Assembly: GCA_034435835.1 (NCBI GenBank)
Contig: DAOTWF010000017.1
Coordinates: forward strand, 145,113 to 209,112
Direction: 5' to 3'
DNA length: 64,000 nt
From: Dehalococcoidia bacterium
GTDB lineage: Bacteria; Chloroflexota; Dehalococcoidia; GIF9; UBA5629
Shown here piece by piece: positions 1-9,183 of the stretch. Position numbers and translations under genes: made by a program. Each line of letters begins with the position of its first letter. The stretch's first letter is position 1. The notes beneath the pieces were generated by a model. That model saw nothing but the letters and a program-made list of their open reading frames with translations, had not been told where the DNA came from and did not search any database.

Positions 1-1
1 C

Positions 2-178
2 CCTGAGCAACTATGGGATACCACCATGAACCCGGCTTCGCGGACACTACTTAGGGTCGAGATCGAAGACGCCATGGAAGCTGACAGGACGTTCCATATG
101 CTTATGGGCAACGAGGTGCCTCCCCGCAAGTCCTTCATCCAGGCGCACGCCAGAAACGTCAGAAACCTTGATATCTAG
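2..178 (+). CDS. gyrB: DNA gyrase subunit B, C-terminal end (gene runs off the 5' edge of the window)
   Basis: Frame-2 translation ends ...[58 protein letters not shown]. This matches the conserved GyrB C-terminal tail (cf. E. coli ...QLWETTMDPESRRMLRV...LMGD.VEPRR.FIE.NA....NIDI). Stop TAG at 176-178. Confidence 0.6.
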   Translation, partial: PEQLWDTTMNPASRTLLRVEIEDAMEADRTFHMLMGNEVPPRKSFIQAHARNVRNLDI

Positions 179-180
179 CC

Positions 181-792
181 CTAAGGCGCCGCATCCCGGT
201 ATAGCTGGTGCTCTTCAATATAGTCTGCAACCTTCGGCGGCACCAGCTCACGGATAGGGAGCCCCTTGGCGATCCTTTGCCTGATTTCCGAGGAACTGAT
301 ATCTACCGGCGGTATGTCCAGCCACAGCACGCTCCCACTTACCCCCGGCACCAGTGCCTCCATCGCCTGCAGGTCGGGCCGGCTAAACCCGGGCCTGGTT
401 ACCGCCACCAGACGGCACATCTGAATCAGCCTTGCCGGCTCCTTCCACCGGGGCAGCTCGGCAAGGCTGTCCCAGCCGAGGAGAAAAAAGAGGCTGCAGG
501 CAATCCCCAGTTGCTCGCGCAAGATAGCGATGGTGTCAACGCTGTAAGACAGTCCCGGGCGCTCCACCTCGATTGTGGAGAGCTCAAAGTAAGGGTTACC
601 TGCGATAGCCAGCCTCACCATCTCCACGCGGTGTTGGGCTGGTGTGATATCCCTGTCTGATTTCAGCCATGGCTCTCCCGCAGGGATAAAGATGACCCTG
701 CTTAGGTTCAGCTTCAGACGTGCCTGTTCAGCTACGATCAGATGCCCTAAATGTATCGGGTCAAACGTGCCGCCGAGTACGCCGATGTTCAC
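181..792 (-). CDS. nadD: nicotinate-nucleotide adenylyltransferase
   Basis: 203 aa. N-terminal GGTFDPIHLGHL nucleotidyltransferase (H/T)xGH motif. Overlaps obg by 4 nt, the typical obg-nadD operon. Confidence 0.88.
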   Translation of the reverse strand: MNIGVLGGTFDPIHLGHLIVAEQARLKLNLSRVIFIPAGEPWLKSDRDITPAQHRVEMVRLAIAGNPYFELSTIEVERPGLSYSVDTIAILREQLGIACSLFFLLGWDSLAELPRWKEPARLIQMCRLVAVTRPGFSRPDLQAMEALVPGVSGSVLWLDIPPVDISSSEIRQRIAKGLPIRELVPPKVADYIEEHQLYRDAAP

Positions 793-1853
793 CTGCGCCG
801 CCTCACTTTTGGCCTTGGTCTGAAAACAGCTACCGGAGCTTCAGCCGGGGCTGCCGCATCAGCAGTCGCCTGACGAAGTAGAGCTGCCACAGTCGCCACC
901 AGCCCAGCCACTCCCTCCCCGCTGACGGCAGAGACGAAACAGACAGCCACACCGCTTGATTGGAACGCGGTCCTCAGCTCTCGCATCCCCTCACGCGCTT
1001 CTGGCAGGTCTATTTTATTGACCACAATGATATGTGGTTTCTGCAACAGGGAAGGCTGGTAAAGGTCCACCTCTTGTCTCAGTACCTCGGCATCATGTAT
1101 TATGTCCGCTGATGTCCCGTCGAGCAGCAGCACCAGAACCTTAGCCCTTCCGGTATGGCGCAGGAAAGCGTTCCCCAAGCCTCTGCCCTGGTGGCTCCCC
1201 TCCGTCAACGCGGGTAGCTCCGCCACGGTGAATGTCTCAACGCCAGTATCGACCGTCCCCAGCACCGGTTGCAGTGTGGTGAAAGGGTACTCAGCCACTT
1301 TTGGCTTGGCGCTGGAGATTGCCGCCAGCAGGCTGGATTTACCGCTGTTGGGCAATCCTAAGATAGCCACATCGACCATGAGCCGCTGGTCAAGCACCAG
1401 ACGTCGCTCCTCACCGTCCTCGCCTCTAGTGGCTATTTCAGGCGCCTGTTTCCGCGGTGTGGCGAAATGGACATTTCCCAAGCCCCCTTTACCGCCTCTA
1501 GCCACCAGCACCCTTTCACCCTGCCGACTGAGGTCAGCTATCAGTGCCTCACTGCCATCAGCTTCCTTTTGATAAACGCAGGTTCCCACCGGCACCGGGA
1601 TGATAATATCTTCACCTCTGGCACCATGCTTTTTCTGCCTGCCGCCGTCACCACCACCCCCAGCCTGAAAACTCCTTTTATAGCGGAAAAATGTCAGGTC
1701 GCTTACATTTTCATCCGCTATCAAGTATACGTTCCCGCCAGCACCACCATCACCCCCATCAGGACCGCCCAAGGGCACATACTTTTCCCTGCGGAAGCTT
1801 ATTCTGCCGTCCCCGCCTTTACCTCCCTTGACCACAATCTCAATCCTGTCCAT
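789..1853 (-). CDS. obg: GTPase Obg/CgtA
   Basis: 354 aa. Glycine-rich Obg fold at the N-terminus (KGGKGGDG...GGPDGGDGGAGGNVYL). G1 motif GLPNSGKSS. Basic C-terminal tail. Confidence 0.92.
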   Translation of the reverse strand: MDRIEIVVKGGKGGDGRISFRREKYVPLGGPDGGDGGAGGNVYLIADENVSDLTFFRYKRSFQAGGGGDGGRQKKHGARGEDIIIPVPVGTCVYQKEADGSEALIADLSRQGERVLVARGGKGGLGNVHFATPRKQAPEIATRGEDGEERRLVLDQRLMVDVAILGLPNSGKSSLLAAISSAKPKVAEYPFTTLQPVLGTVDTGVETFTVAELPALTEGSHQGRGLGNAFLRHTGRAKVLVLLLDGTSADIIHDAEVLRQEVDLYQPSLLQKPHIIVVNKIDLPEAREGMRELRTAFQSSGVAVCFVSAVSGEGVAGLVATVAALLRQATADAAAPAEAPVAVFRPRPKVRRRR

Positions 1854-2111
1854 GTGTTAAGGGGTATGCATTAATCTATTTCTATTTTTAGACTACTCTG
1901 AGTAGTGGATATTTTTTAACTAATTATAATAAAGCCTGTGCCATGACCCTGTGCCTCAATTATGCAACTTGTTTCCTCATATTGCAATGGTAGACGCATG
2001 CCCGACTGGTTATCCAGAAAAAGGATGATTTTTTGCAGAAAAAGTGCAACCGTCACCAGCCGGGCTGTGGATTTTCTGACGATGTGCTGCAGGAAAAGCG
2101 TGGTAGAACGG
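1854..2111. other. candidate chromosomal replication origin (oriC) between obg and dnaA
   Basis: Non-coding 258 bp. It contains a strongly AT-rich stretch (about 1864-1930) in an otherwise 60% GC genome. It also has three DnaA-box-like 9-mers: AGTGGATAT at 1904-1912, TTATCCAGA at 2010-2018 and TGTGGATTT at 2066-2074, versus the consensus TTATCCACA/TGTGGATAA. It lies immediately downstream of dnaA. Confidence 0.45.
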
Positions 2112-3467
2112 CTACTTGCGCCGGAACTGCCTTCTTAATTGTTCGATGGAATGTGAAAGGTCGGAGTCGGTCTTGATGCTCTGTGATATGCGTTGGAGGT
2201 TGCGCAGTATGGTCGAGTCATCTCTGTTGAGCAGGTTACCTATTTCAGTGAGACTGTAATGTTTTTCCTGGCGCAACAGATAGATGACCACCTGTCGCGC
2301 CAAGGTGGCACGTTTGTCCCGCTGTTTTCCCAGTATGACGTCAGGGCTTATGCCGTAATAAGTGGCTACGGCGTCTATCACCAGCTTAGGGGTAAGTGCT
2401 GCTGGGAGCGAGCTCTTTCTCTCGCTCATGTCAGCCAGAGCCTGGAGCGCCATGGTCGTCTCCACCTTACTAGCTCCCGAGAGCTTGGCGTAGGTGAGCA
2501 CACAGTTAAGGGCGCCCTCCAGCTCGCGTACACTGGATTTGAACTGAGTTGCCAGAAGGCGGAGCACTTCGCTGGGTACCACCGTATTGGAGGCGGCTGT
2601 CTTTGCCGTAAGGATGGCGACGCTGGTTTCAAAATCTGGTGGTGACAGGCGGACAACCAGCCCGCCGACAAGGCGGGAGCCCAGCTTGTTGTTGACCGCA
2701 GGTATGGTCTTGGGCAGGCAGTCGGATGTCATCACCATCTGTCCCGAGTTGTAGTACAGGTCATTAAAGATATGCACCAGGAACTCCTGTGTCTGCGTTT
2801 TGCCGCTGAGGAACTGCACGTCATCTATAAGCAGGAAGTCGGTGTTCCTGAAGTGGTCGTGGAACTCATCGATGCTGTTGTTTTTCAGGGCGAGTACGTA
2901 CTGGTTGGTAAACTGCTCAGCGGTGGTGCATATCACCTGGAAACCTCTGGAGCGGGCGGTGTGCGCGATGGCATGTAGCAGGTGCGTCTTCCCTGTGCCT
3001 GTATCCCCGTAAATGAACAGAGGGTTATATTTGGCGCCGGGTGATTCCAGGACCTCAAGGGCAGCGGCGTAGGCTATGCGGTTGCACTCTCCGGGGATAA
3101 AGGTCTCAAAGGTATAACTAATCTTGAGGCGCTCTGGCTTGGTACGGGGCGGCGTCTTGGTCGTTGTGCCCCCGTCGGCATAGGTCTGCGGCTGGGAAGG
3201 CGCTGGCTCGCCGGGAAGCACTGTGAACTGGACATCAACGGTCCTGCCTATCACATTGCTCAGCGTCCGCCTGATCAGGGGGTTGAGTCGCTCCCGCAGC
3301 CATTCGGCAACGAAGGCATTGGGCACACCTACAACGAAGCTGTCTTTTTCAAAGCTTACGCCCTTGGTGTCCTTAAGCCAGGTATCGAAGTTCGGTTTGC
3401 TTACCTGTAGTTGTAGTTGTTCCAGTGCGCTCTGCCAAATTTTTTGCGGCATATCAATGATCTGCAT
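2112..3467 (-). CDS. dnaA: chromosomal replication initiator protein DnaA
   Basis: 451 aa. N-terminal DnaA domain (WQSALEQLQLQVSKPNFDTWLKDT). AAA+ Walker A GDTGTGKTHLLHAIAH. C-terminal DNA-binding helix region (LTEIGNLLNRDDSTILRN). Confidence 0.95.
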   Translation of the reverse strand: MQIIDMPQKIWQSALEQLQLQVSKPNFDTWLKDTKGVSFEKDSFVVGVPNAFVAEWLRERLNPLIRRTLSNVIGRTVDVQFTVLPGEPAPSQPQTYADGGTTTKTPPRTKPERLKISYTFETFIPGECNRIAYAAALEVLESPGAKYNPLFIYGDTGTGKTHLLHAIAHTARSRGFQVICTTAEQFTNQYVLALKNNSIDEFHDHFRNTDFLLIDDVQFLSGKTQTQEFLVHIFNDLYYNSGQMVMTSDCLPKTIPAVNNKLGSRLVGGLVVRLSPPDFETSVAILTAKTAASNTVVPSEVLRLLATQFKSSVRELEGALNCVLTYAKLSGASKVETTMALQALADMSERKSSLPAALTPKLVIDAVATYYGISPDVILGKQRDKRATLARQVVIYLLRQEKHYSLTEIGNLLNRDDSTILRNLQRISQSIKTDSDLSHSIEQLRRQFRRK

Positions 3468-3552
3468 GGGGCGTGCCCAAAATACGGGCGGTCTATTGTG
3501 TTTATCTTGCTTTAGATGCTCGGGTGAAGGTTAGATAAAGCTTGTGCAGCTA

Positions 3553-3574
3553 CCCCAAAAACGCCCCAAAAACG
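3553..3574. repeat. perfect tandem direct repeat 2 x CCCCAAAAACG in the dnaA upstream region
   Basis: Read directly: ccccaaaaacg at 3553-3563 and again at 3564-3574, about 90-105 nt upstream of the dnaA start on the minus strand. Confidence 0.6.
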
Positions 3575-3653
3575 TCCCATAAAAAGTTACCACACCGCCT
3601 TGTTGGGGTGTCAAGGGGGTTTTTGACATAAGGGGACGAAATGTTAAAATTTT

Positions 3654-4601
3654 GTGGTGCGGATACGAACCGTCTTTATGGGGACGCCCCAGTTTGCTGT
3701 TCCCAGTCTCCAGGCGCTGGTGGAGGGAGGGTACGAGGTGGTGGGGGTATATACTCAGCCGGACAAGAAGGCAGGTAGAGGACAGCAGCCCATCTCGCCC
3801 CCGGTAAAGCAACTGGCGCTCTCGCTGGGACTTGAAGTTATCCAGCCTGATAGTCTTAAGGATGACGAAGCTGTGGGGCGCCTGCAGGGCTTCAAGCCCG
3901 ACCTGATTGTGGTAGCTGCGTTCGGGAAGATATTGCCCCGTGAGGTGCTGGTCATACCCAGATTCGGTTGCCTCAATGTGCACCCTTCCCTGTTACCGCG
4001 GCACCGAGGACCTTCGCCGGTGGCAGCGGCTATCCTCAGCGGCGATACCGTTACTGGCGTTACTATCATGCTGCTGGATGAGGGTGTTGATAGCGGTCCT
4101 GTACTCAGTCAGAGGGTAGTGCCGATGCTGGAGGATGATACTACAGAGTCACTCACTTTGAGGCTTGCCGGGGTTGGCGCGCAGTTGCTGGTTGAGACCA
4201 TACCACCGTGGGTCGAGGGCAGGATAGTGCCCAAAGCCCAGGACGAAAGTCAGGTGAGCTATAGCGGCGTGCTCGACAGAGGGGCTGGCGAGATTGACTG
4301 GCGCCTTTCAGCAACGGAGCTGTGGCGCAGGATAAGGGCTTTTCATCCCTGGCCCGGGAGCTATACATGGTGGCAGGGAAAGCGGCTAAAGGTATTAAAG
4401 GCGGTGCCGCTGGACATCGGTCTTTCCGCTCTACCGGGTGAAGTGGTGGCTTTGTCCGCAGGTCTGCCAGCAGCGGTCGGTGTGGGCACGGGCACGGGAA
4501 TTCTGGGTCTTATCTCCGTCCAGCTCGAAGGCAGGCGGCAGATGTCGGCTGCAGAGTTTGTCCGCGGACACCGCGATTTCGTGGGCAGCAGGCTGGTTTG
4601 A
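3654..4601 (+). CDS. fmt: methionyl-tRNA formyltransferase
   Basis: 315 aa. Begins MVRIRTVFMGTPQFAVPSL, the typical Fmt N-terminus. Formyltransferase core motifs present. Starts on GTG; GTG at 3657 or ATG at 3678 are alternative starts. Confidence 0.9.
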   Translation: MVRIRTVFMGTPQFAVPSLQALVEGGYEVVGVYTQPDKKAGRGQQPISPPVKQLALSLGLEVIQPDSLKDDEAVGRLQGFKPDLIVVAAFGKILPREVLVIPRFGCLNVHPSLLPRHRGPSPVAAAILSGDTVTGVTIMLLDEGVDSGPVLSQRVVPMLEDDTTESLTLRLAGVGAQLLVETIPPWVEGRIVPKAQDESQVSYSGVLDRGAGEIDWRLSATELWRRIRAFHPWPGSYTWWQGKRLKVLKAVPLDIGLSALPGEVVALSAGLPAAVGVGTGTGILGLISVQLEGRRQMSAAEFVRGHRDFVGSRLV

Positions 4602-4653
4602 CTTTCCAGAGAGCGCTCTCTTAAAATATCAATTACTAGGAGGACGATGGAAT

Positions 4654-5364
4654 ATGTTCCTGTTTGACCCGTTATGGTTTATCATAATGCTGCCGCCGTT
4701 TATATTCATGCTGTACGCGCAGTTCAAGGTACAGGCGGCTTTCAACAAGTATTCCAAGGTGATGAATTCCCAGCGCCTTACCGGCGCTGAGGCTGCTCAG
4801 GTACTTCTCCGGAACAGCGGGCTTACCAATGTGAGGGTGGAGGGCACCAGGACAAGGCTCGGTGACCATTATGACCCGGCGAAGAAGGTGCTGCGTCTGT
4901 CACCGGCGGTCGCCAGTACTCCTTCGGTGGCTGCCCTGGGCATCGTGGCTCACGAGGTGGGACACGCCGTACAGGACAGGACAGGCTATGCTTTCCTCAG
5001 GCTGCGGAGCACACTGGTGCCGGCGGCGAACGTGGGCAGCAACCTCGGTTTTGTCTTTGTCCTGTTAGGGCTTATCCTCGCCGGACTAGGTGCCAGGCTT
5101 GGCATGACCGTGATGTGGACTGGCGTGCTGCTGTTCTCCTTGGCGGTGATATTCAGCCTGATCACCCTGCCGGTGGAGTTCAATGCCAGCAACCGGGCAA
5201 GGCAGATGCTGTTCAGTAGCGGGCTGGTGACGCCTCAGGAACAGAAGGGCGCCAGTGCCGTCCTTTCAGCCGCCGCCCTCACCTATGTGGCGGCCACCCT
5301 GCAGGCGGTAGCGCAGCTCTTTTATTTCGTCATTCTCGCCTTGGGCATGGGCCGCAATAGATAG
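4654..5364 (+). CDS. putative neutral zinc metallopeptidase, membrane-associated (Zn_peptidase_2-like)
   Basis: ATG at 4654 is preceded by AGGAGG. HEVGH zinc motif. Hydrophobic N- and C-terminal segments. The longer track ORF from 4438 overlaps fmt and is not supported. Confidence 0.75.
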   Translation: MFLFDPLWFIIMLPPFIFMLYAQFKVQAAFNKYSKVMNSQRLTGAEAAQVLLRNSGLTNVRVEGTRTRLGDHYDPAKKVLRLSPAVASTPSVAALGIVAHEVGHAVQDRTGYAFLRLRSTLVPAANVGSNLGFVFVLLGLILAGLGARLGMTVMWTGVLLFSLAVIFSLITLPVEFNASNRARQMLFSSGLVTPQEQKGASAVLSAAALTYVAATLQAVAQLFYFVILALGMGRNR

Positions 5365-5467
5365 TCCCACACTTCTGGGAGACAGCCCGTTTAGCTATCA
5401 ACCTGTTGCCAGCGACGCTTCTGCGGACTATAATGCCTGTGTGATTCTAGCTTTGCAGGGTGTCTGA

Positions 5468-6250
5468 TTGTCACAGGAGCATAGCGCTCGCTACGACTTT
5501 GCTTCGCTGAAGGAAATAGTTGCCCGGCTGCGCAGCCCCGATGGCTGTCCCTGGGACAGGAAGCAGACACATACCTCTTTACAGCCATTCCTTATCGAGG
5601 AGTGTTATGAGGTCCTGCAAGCCATTGAAGGAGGGGATCCGCAAAAGCTCTGCGAGGAACTGGGCGATTTGCTTTTGCAGATTATGCTCCACGCCCAGAT
5701 AGCCTTGGAGGCAAATCAATTCAACATAGATGATGTGGTGGCGGGCATAGCTGGCAAGCTGGTGCACCGTCATCCGCACGTTTTTGGAGGCGCGGAAGCG
5801 AAAGAAGCTCGAGAGGTGGAGCTGAACTGGGAGGTATTGAAACAGGAGGAGAAGGAGACGGAAGAGTCTTTGCTCTCCGGGTTGCCGGAGACGATGCCGG
5901 CTCTGGCTTATAGCCAGTCGGTGCAGCGCCGGGCAGCGGCGGTGGGCTTCGATTGGGAAAACGTTGATGAGATACTTGATAAGCTGGCAGAGGAGGTTGC
6001 CGAGATAAAGCGGGCTTCAAGCCAACAGGAAAGGGTGGAGGAGTTTGGTGATTTGCTGTTCACGCTGGCTAACATAGCCCGTCGCCTGAACATAGACCTG
6101 GAGACGGCGCTCCGTTCCGCCAACCGCCGCTTCTGTCAGCGCTTCAAGTACATGGAACAGCTCTGCCGGGAACGCGGCATCGAAATCAACAGCCTTTCCC
6201 TTGACGAGCAGAACACTCTCTGGGAAGAAGCAAAGGCAAAGGTAGGATGA
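5468..6250 (+). CDS. mazG: nucleoside triphosphate pyrophosphohydrolase MazG
   Basis: 260 aa. Two tandem MazG/EEXX(E/D) domains; GCPWDRKQTH...EECYEVLQAIE matches MazG. TTG start. Confidence 0.85.
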   Translation: MSQEHSARYDFASLKEIVARLRSPDGCPWDRKQTHTSLQPFLIEECYEVLQAIEGGDPQKLCEELGDLLLQIMLHAQIALEANQFNIDDVVAGIAGKLVHRHPHVFGGAEAKEAREVELNWEVLKQEEKETEESLLSGLPETMPALAYSQSVQRRAAAVGFDWENVDEILDKLAEEVAEIKRASSQQERVEEFGDLLFTLANIARRLNIDLETALRSANRRFCQRFKYMEQLCRERGIEINSLSLDEQNTLWEEAKAKVG

Positions 6251-6327
6251 TGGTCGGGGCGAGAGGACTTGAACCTCCGACCTCAGCGTCCCGAACGCTG
6301 CGCGCTACCAGGCTGCGCTACGCCCCG
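6251..6327 (-). tRNA. tRNA-Pro (anticodon CGG)
   Basis: Reverse complement folds as a cloverleaf. Acceptor CGGGGCG/CGCCCCG, D-stem GCGC/GCGC, anticodon stem CAGCG/CGCTG with loop TTCGGGA (anticodon CGG), T-stem GGAGG/CCTCT with loop TTCAAGT, discriminator A and encoded CCA. 77 nt. Confidence 0.85.
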
Positions 6328-6377
6328 CGCCACTTATTATAAGCGGCTTTAATTTTTACGGCAAGGACGGTAGACTG

Positions 6378-7571
6378 GTGGCCATGAAATATGTGGTACT
6401 GATAATCGATGGTGCTGCCGGGTGGGGGCTTGAGGAGCACGGCGGCAGGACCTGCCTGGAGCTTGCCCATCTCCCGAACCTCGATGCTATGGCAAAGGAG
6501 GGGGTTGTGGGGCTGGTAAGGACGGTGCCCGAGGGAATGGAGCCCAGCAGTGCCTGCGCCTGCATGTCGGTGCTGGGCTACGACCCACGCGTCTACTACC
6601 GTGGGAGGAGCGCTATCGAAGCTAGGAGCCTGGGGATACCCATCTTGCGGGACGAGGTCGTCTTCCGCTGTAATCTGGTCACGGTCCAGGAAGGCAGGAT
6701 GCGGAGCTATAGCTCCGGGCATATCAGCACCGAGGAAGCTACGCTTCTTGTTTCCTCCATTGATGAAAGGCTGGGCAGTGACGAGGTCAGGTTCTACCCC
6801 GGCGTCCGCTACCGCCACATATGTAAGATAAAAGGTCACCCGGAGACTCTCGGGGCTCGTTGCACGCCCCCGCATGATATTCCCGAAAAGCCTATAGCCG
6901 AGTATCTGCCGAAGGGGCAGGGAAGTGAGTTTTTGACGGAACTGATGATGCGTTCCCGCGCTGTACTTGAGAACCATGAGGTGAACCGGCAGCGGCAGGC
7001 GAGGGGGGAACTGCCGGCGACCATGATCTGGCTGTTCTGGGGCGCAGGGCAAATACCCGAGATACCACCTTTCAAGCAGGTGTACGGACTGGAGGCAGCA
7101 CTCACTTCTGGTGTGGACCTGCTTCGGGGATTGGCGAAGATGGCGGACATAGCGGTCGTAGATATCCCGGGTGTCACCGATGGGCTGGACAATGACTACG
7201 CTGGCCAGATGGAGGGTGCCCTGGAGGCGCTGGCGGCTTACGACCTGGTGGCCATACATGTTGAGGCACCGGACGAGGCAGCCCATATCGGTTCTGTGGA
7301 GGAGAAGGTGAGAGCCATTGAACTGGTTGACAGCGAGATGGTGGCGCGGATCCGCCGCTGGGACCGCGGGAGGCTGAGGGTGCTGGTACTTCCCGACCAC
7401 TCCACACCAATACAGATCAGGACACATAGCGCGGAGCCAGTGCCCTTTCTGCTCTGGGGTACAGGGTTTACCTCAAATGGTGCTGCGCGCTTTACCGAGG
7501 CTGAAGCTAGGCGGACTGGTGTTTTTCTTGGCGATGGTTATAATATTATGGCAAAATTGCTCCAGGGGTGA
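6378..7571 (+). CDS. archaeal-type cofactor-independent phosphoglycerate mutase family protein (ApgM-like); probable non-canonical homoserine kinase
   Basis: 397 aa. Begins MKYVVLIIDGAAG. Metalloenzyme superfamily motifs (LVAIHVEAPDEAAH, LVLPDHSTP). Placed directly upstream of aspartate kinase. Confidence 0.8.
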   Translation: MAMKYVVLIIDGAAGWGLEEHGGRTCLELAHLPNLDAMAKEGVVGLVRTVPEGMEPSSACACMSVLGYDPRVYYRGRSAIEARSLGIPILRDEVVFRCNLVTVQEGRMRSYSSGHISTEEATLLVSSIDERLGSDEVRFYPGVRYRHICKIKGHPETLGARCTPPHDIPEKPIAEYLPKGQGSEFLTELMMRSRAVLENHEVNRQRQARGELPATMIWLFWGAGQIPEIPPFKQVYGLEAALTSGVDLLRGLAKMADIAVVDIPGVTDGLDNDYAGQMEGALEALAAYDLVAIHVEAPDEAAHIGSVEEKVRAIELVDSEMVARIRRWDRGRLRVLVLPDHSTPIQIRTHSAEPVPFLLWGTGFTSNGAARFTEAEARRTGVFLGDGYNIMAKLLQG

Positions 7572-7574
7572 ACG

Positions 7575-8798
7575 ATGGCGCTTGTGGTACAGAAATACGG
7601 TGGTAGCTCGGTAGCCGATGCCGAAAAGATCAAAAACGTGGCGCGGCGCATAGCCGCCACCCGAGATAAAGGTGACGAGGTCGTGGTGGTGGTTTCTGCG
7701 ATGGGTGATACCACCGATGATTTAATTCAGCTAGCCAGGCAGATAAACCCACGCCCGCCGGAAAGAGAACTCGACCTGTTGCTGTCCACGGGCGAGGTGG
7801 TCTCCTGTACCCTCATGGCTATGGCTTTGAACTATGCGGGCTATAAGGCGGTGAGTCTCACCGGTGCCCAGGCAGGTATCGAGACGGATACCAGCCATAG
7901 CAAAGCCCGCATCCTGCGCCTGGAGCCCAAGCGGGTGGTCAGGGAGCTGGAAAGGGGGAATATAGTGGTTGTCGCCGGCTTCCAGGGTGTTACCCGGGAT
8001 ATGGATGTGACCACCCTGGGACGCGGCGGCTCTGACACCACGGCGGTGGCACTGGCGGCAGCCTTGAAGGCGCAGAGGTGTGAAATCTACACCGATGTCG
8101 AGGGTGTCTACACCGCCGACCCCCGCATCGTCCCGGAGGCACGCAAACTGAAGGAAATCGGTTACGAAGAAATGCTCGAGCTGGCAACCTTGGGTGCCAA
8201 AGTGATGCATTCCCGCGCAGTGGAGCTGGGGCAACTCTATAACGTGCCGATACTGGTCGCCTCCAGCTTTACGGATGCGCCCGGTACAATGATTCGTGGA
8301 GGGACTGCCATGGAAGTAAGAAACAGAGTCCGAGGTATTGCCCATGATGTCAACGTGGCTAAAATAACCTTGGTCGGCGTTCCTGACCGCCCTGGGATAG
8401 CTGCGGCGGTTTTTCAGCCTCTGGCTAAAGCCAATATCAGCGTGGATACCATCGTCCAGAATGCCAGCATCAACAACATCACCGACCTGACCTTTACCGT
8501 CACCCGTAGCGACCTGGACAAGGCGATGTCTATCGTGCAGGAGGTAGCCAGATCCATCGGGGCAAGGGAATGCGTCAGTGACTCTACTCTGGCTAAAGTG
8601 AGCATTGTGGGGACGGGGATGCAGGGAGCACCCGGCTATGCTGCCACCATGTTTCGCGCCCTCTACGAGCAGGGTATCAATATACAGCTCATCACCACCT
8701 CAGAGATAAGGATAACCTGCATTATCTCTGAGGACAGAGTTAAGGATGCGGTGAGGGCGCTGCACAAGGCGTTTGAATTGGAAAAGGCGGAGCTTTAA
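7575..8798 (+). CDS. lysC: aspartate kinase
   Basis: 407 aa. Begins [13 protein letters not shown]. Amino-acid kinase fold followed by two C-terminal ACT domains. Confidence 0.92.
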   Translation: MALVVQKYGGSSVADAEKIKNVARRIAATRDKGDEVVVVVSAMGDTTDDLIQLARQINPRPPERELDLLLSTGEVVSCTLMAMALNYAGYKAVSLTGAQAGIETDTSHSKARILRLEPKRVVRELERGNIVVVAGFQGVTRDMDVTTLGRGGSDTTAVALAAALKAQRCEIYTDVEGVYTADPRIVPEARKLKEIGYEEMLELATLGAKVMHSRAVELGQLYNVPILVASSFTDAPGTMIRGGTAMEVRNRVRGIAHDVNVAKITLVGVPDRPGIAAAVFQPLAKANISVDTIVQNASINNITDLTFTVTRSDLDKAMSIVQEVARSIGARECVSDSTLAKVSIVGTGMQGAPGYAATMFRALYEQGINIQLITTSEIRITCIISEDRVKDAVRALHKAFELEKAEL

Positions 8799-8804
8799 AG
8801 GTTC

Positions 8805-9023
8805 CTAGGCGGAAATAACTTCCTTTACGCCGGCGACTTCCTGTTTCAGAATCCGCTCGATGCTATTCTTCAGGGTCATGGTTGACATCGGGCAGCCAGC
8901 ACAGGCACCTTTAAGCCTCAGACTTACCACGCCTTCCTTTACGTCCACCAGCTCCACATCGCCGCCATCGGCTTGCAGGCTGGGCCTTATCTTTTTGAGC
9001 ACGTTTTCTACCTGGTCTCTCAC
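8805..9023 (-). CDS. NifU-like Fe-S cluster assembly domain protein (Nfu)
   Basis: NifU C-terminal domain with the CxxC motif (GACAGCPMS). The probable start is the GTG that follows AAGGAG with a 6-nt spacer; the longer ATG ORF reaches 9065. Confidence 0.7.
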   Translation of the reverse strand: MRDQVENVLKKIRPSLQADGGDVELVDVKEGVVSLRLKGACAGCPMSTMTLKNSIERILKQEVAGVKEVISA

Positions 9024-9183
9024 TGTACACTCCTTTACGATGTCTCGGTGATTACAGAGTAGCACGATTCAGCAGTGATGTCAAAAAATGCAATTTTTTC
9101 TGCCCAAGCCTCTTGACATATAGTGCTTTTTTTGTCACATTAGCTGCGGTAAAATATAACGATTATGGAGGCGATGGAGGGAT

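Noticed and set aside
1981-1988. ATTGCAAT in the oriC candidate, resembling the TGCAAT/ATTGCA half-sites of the putative Zur boxes
   Set aside because: A single 8-mer with no inverted partner at the correct spacing; likely coincidental.
3623-3650. TTGACA-16-TAAAAT promoter-like sequence just upstream of fmt
   Set aside because: The -10 ends 3 nt before the homology-supported GTG start of fmt (MVRIRTVFMGTP). It is therefore either a chance match or implies a leaderless GTG mRNA. Not confident enough to call as a feature.
4438-4653. 5' extension of the metallopeptidase ORF overlapping the end of fmt
   Set aside because: An in-frame ATG at 4654 with a perfect AGGAGG RBS and a hydrophobic N-terminus gives a sensible protein. 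The extension has no RBS and overlaps fmt.
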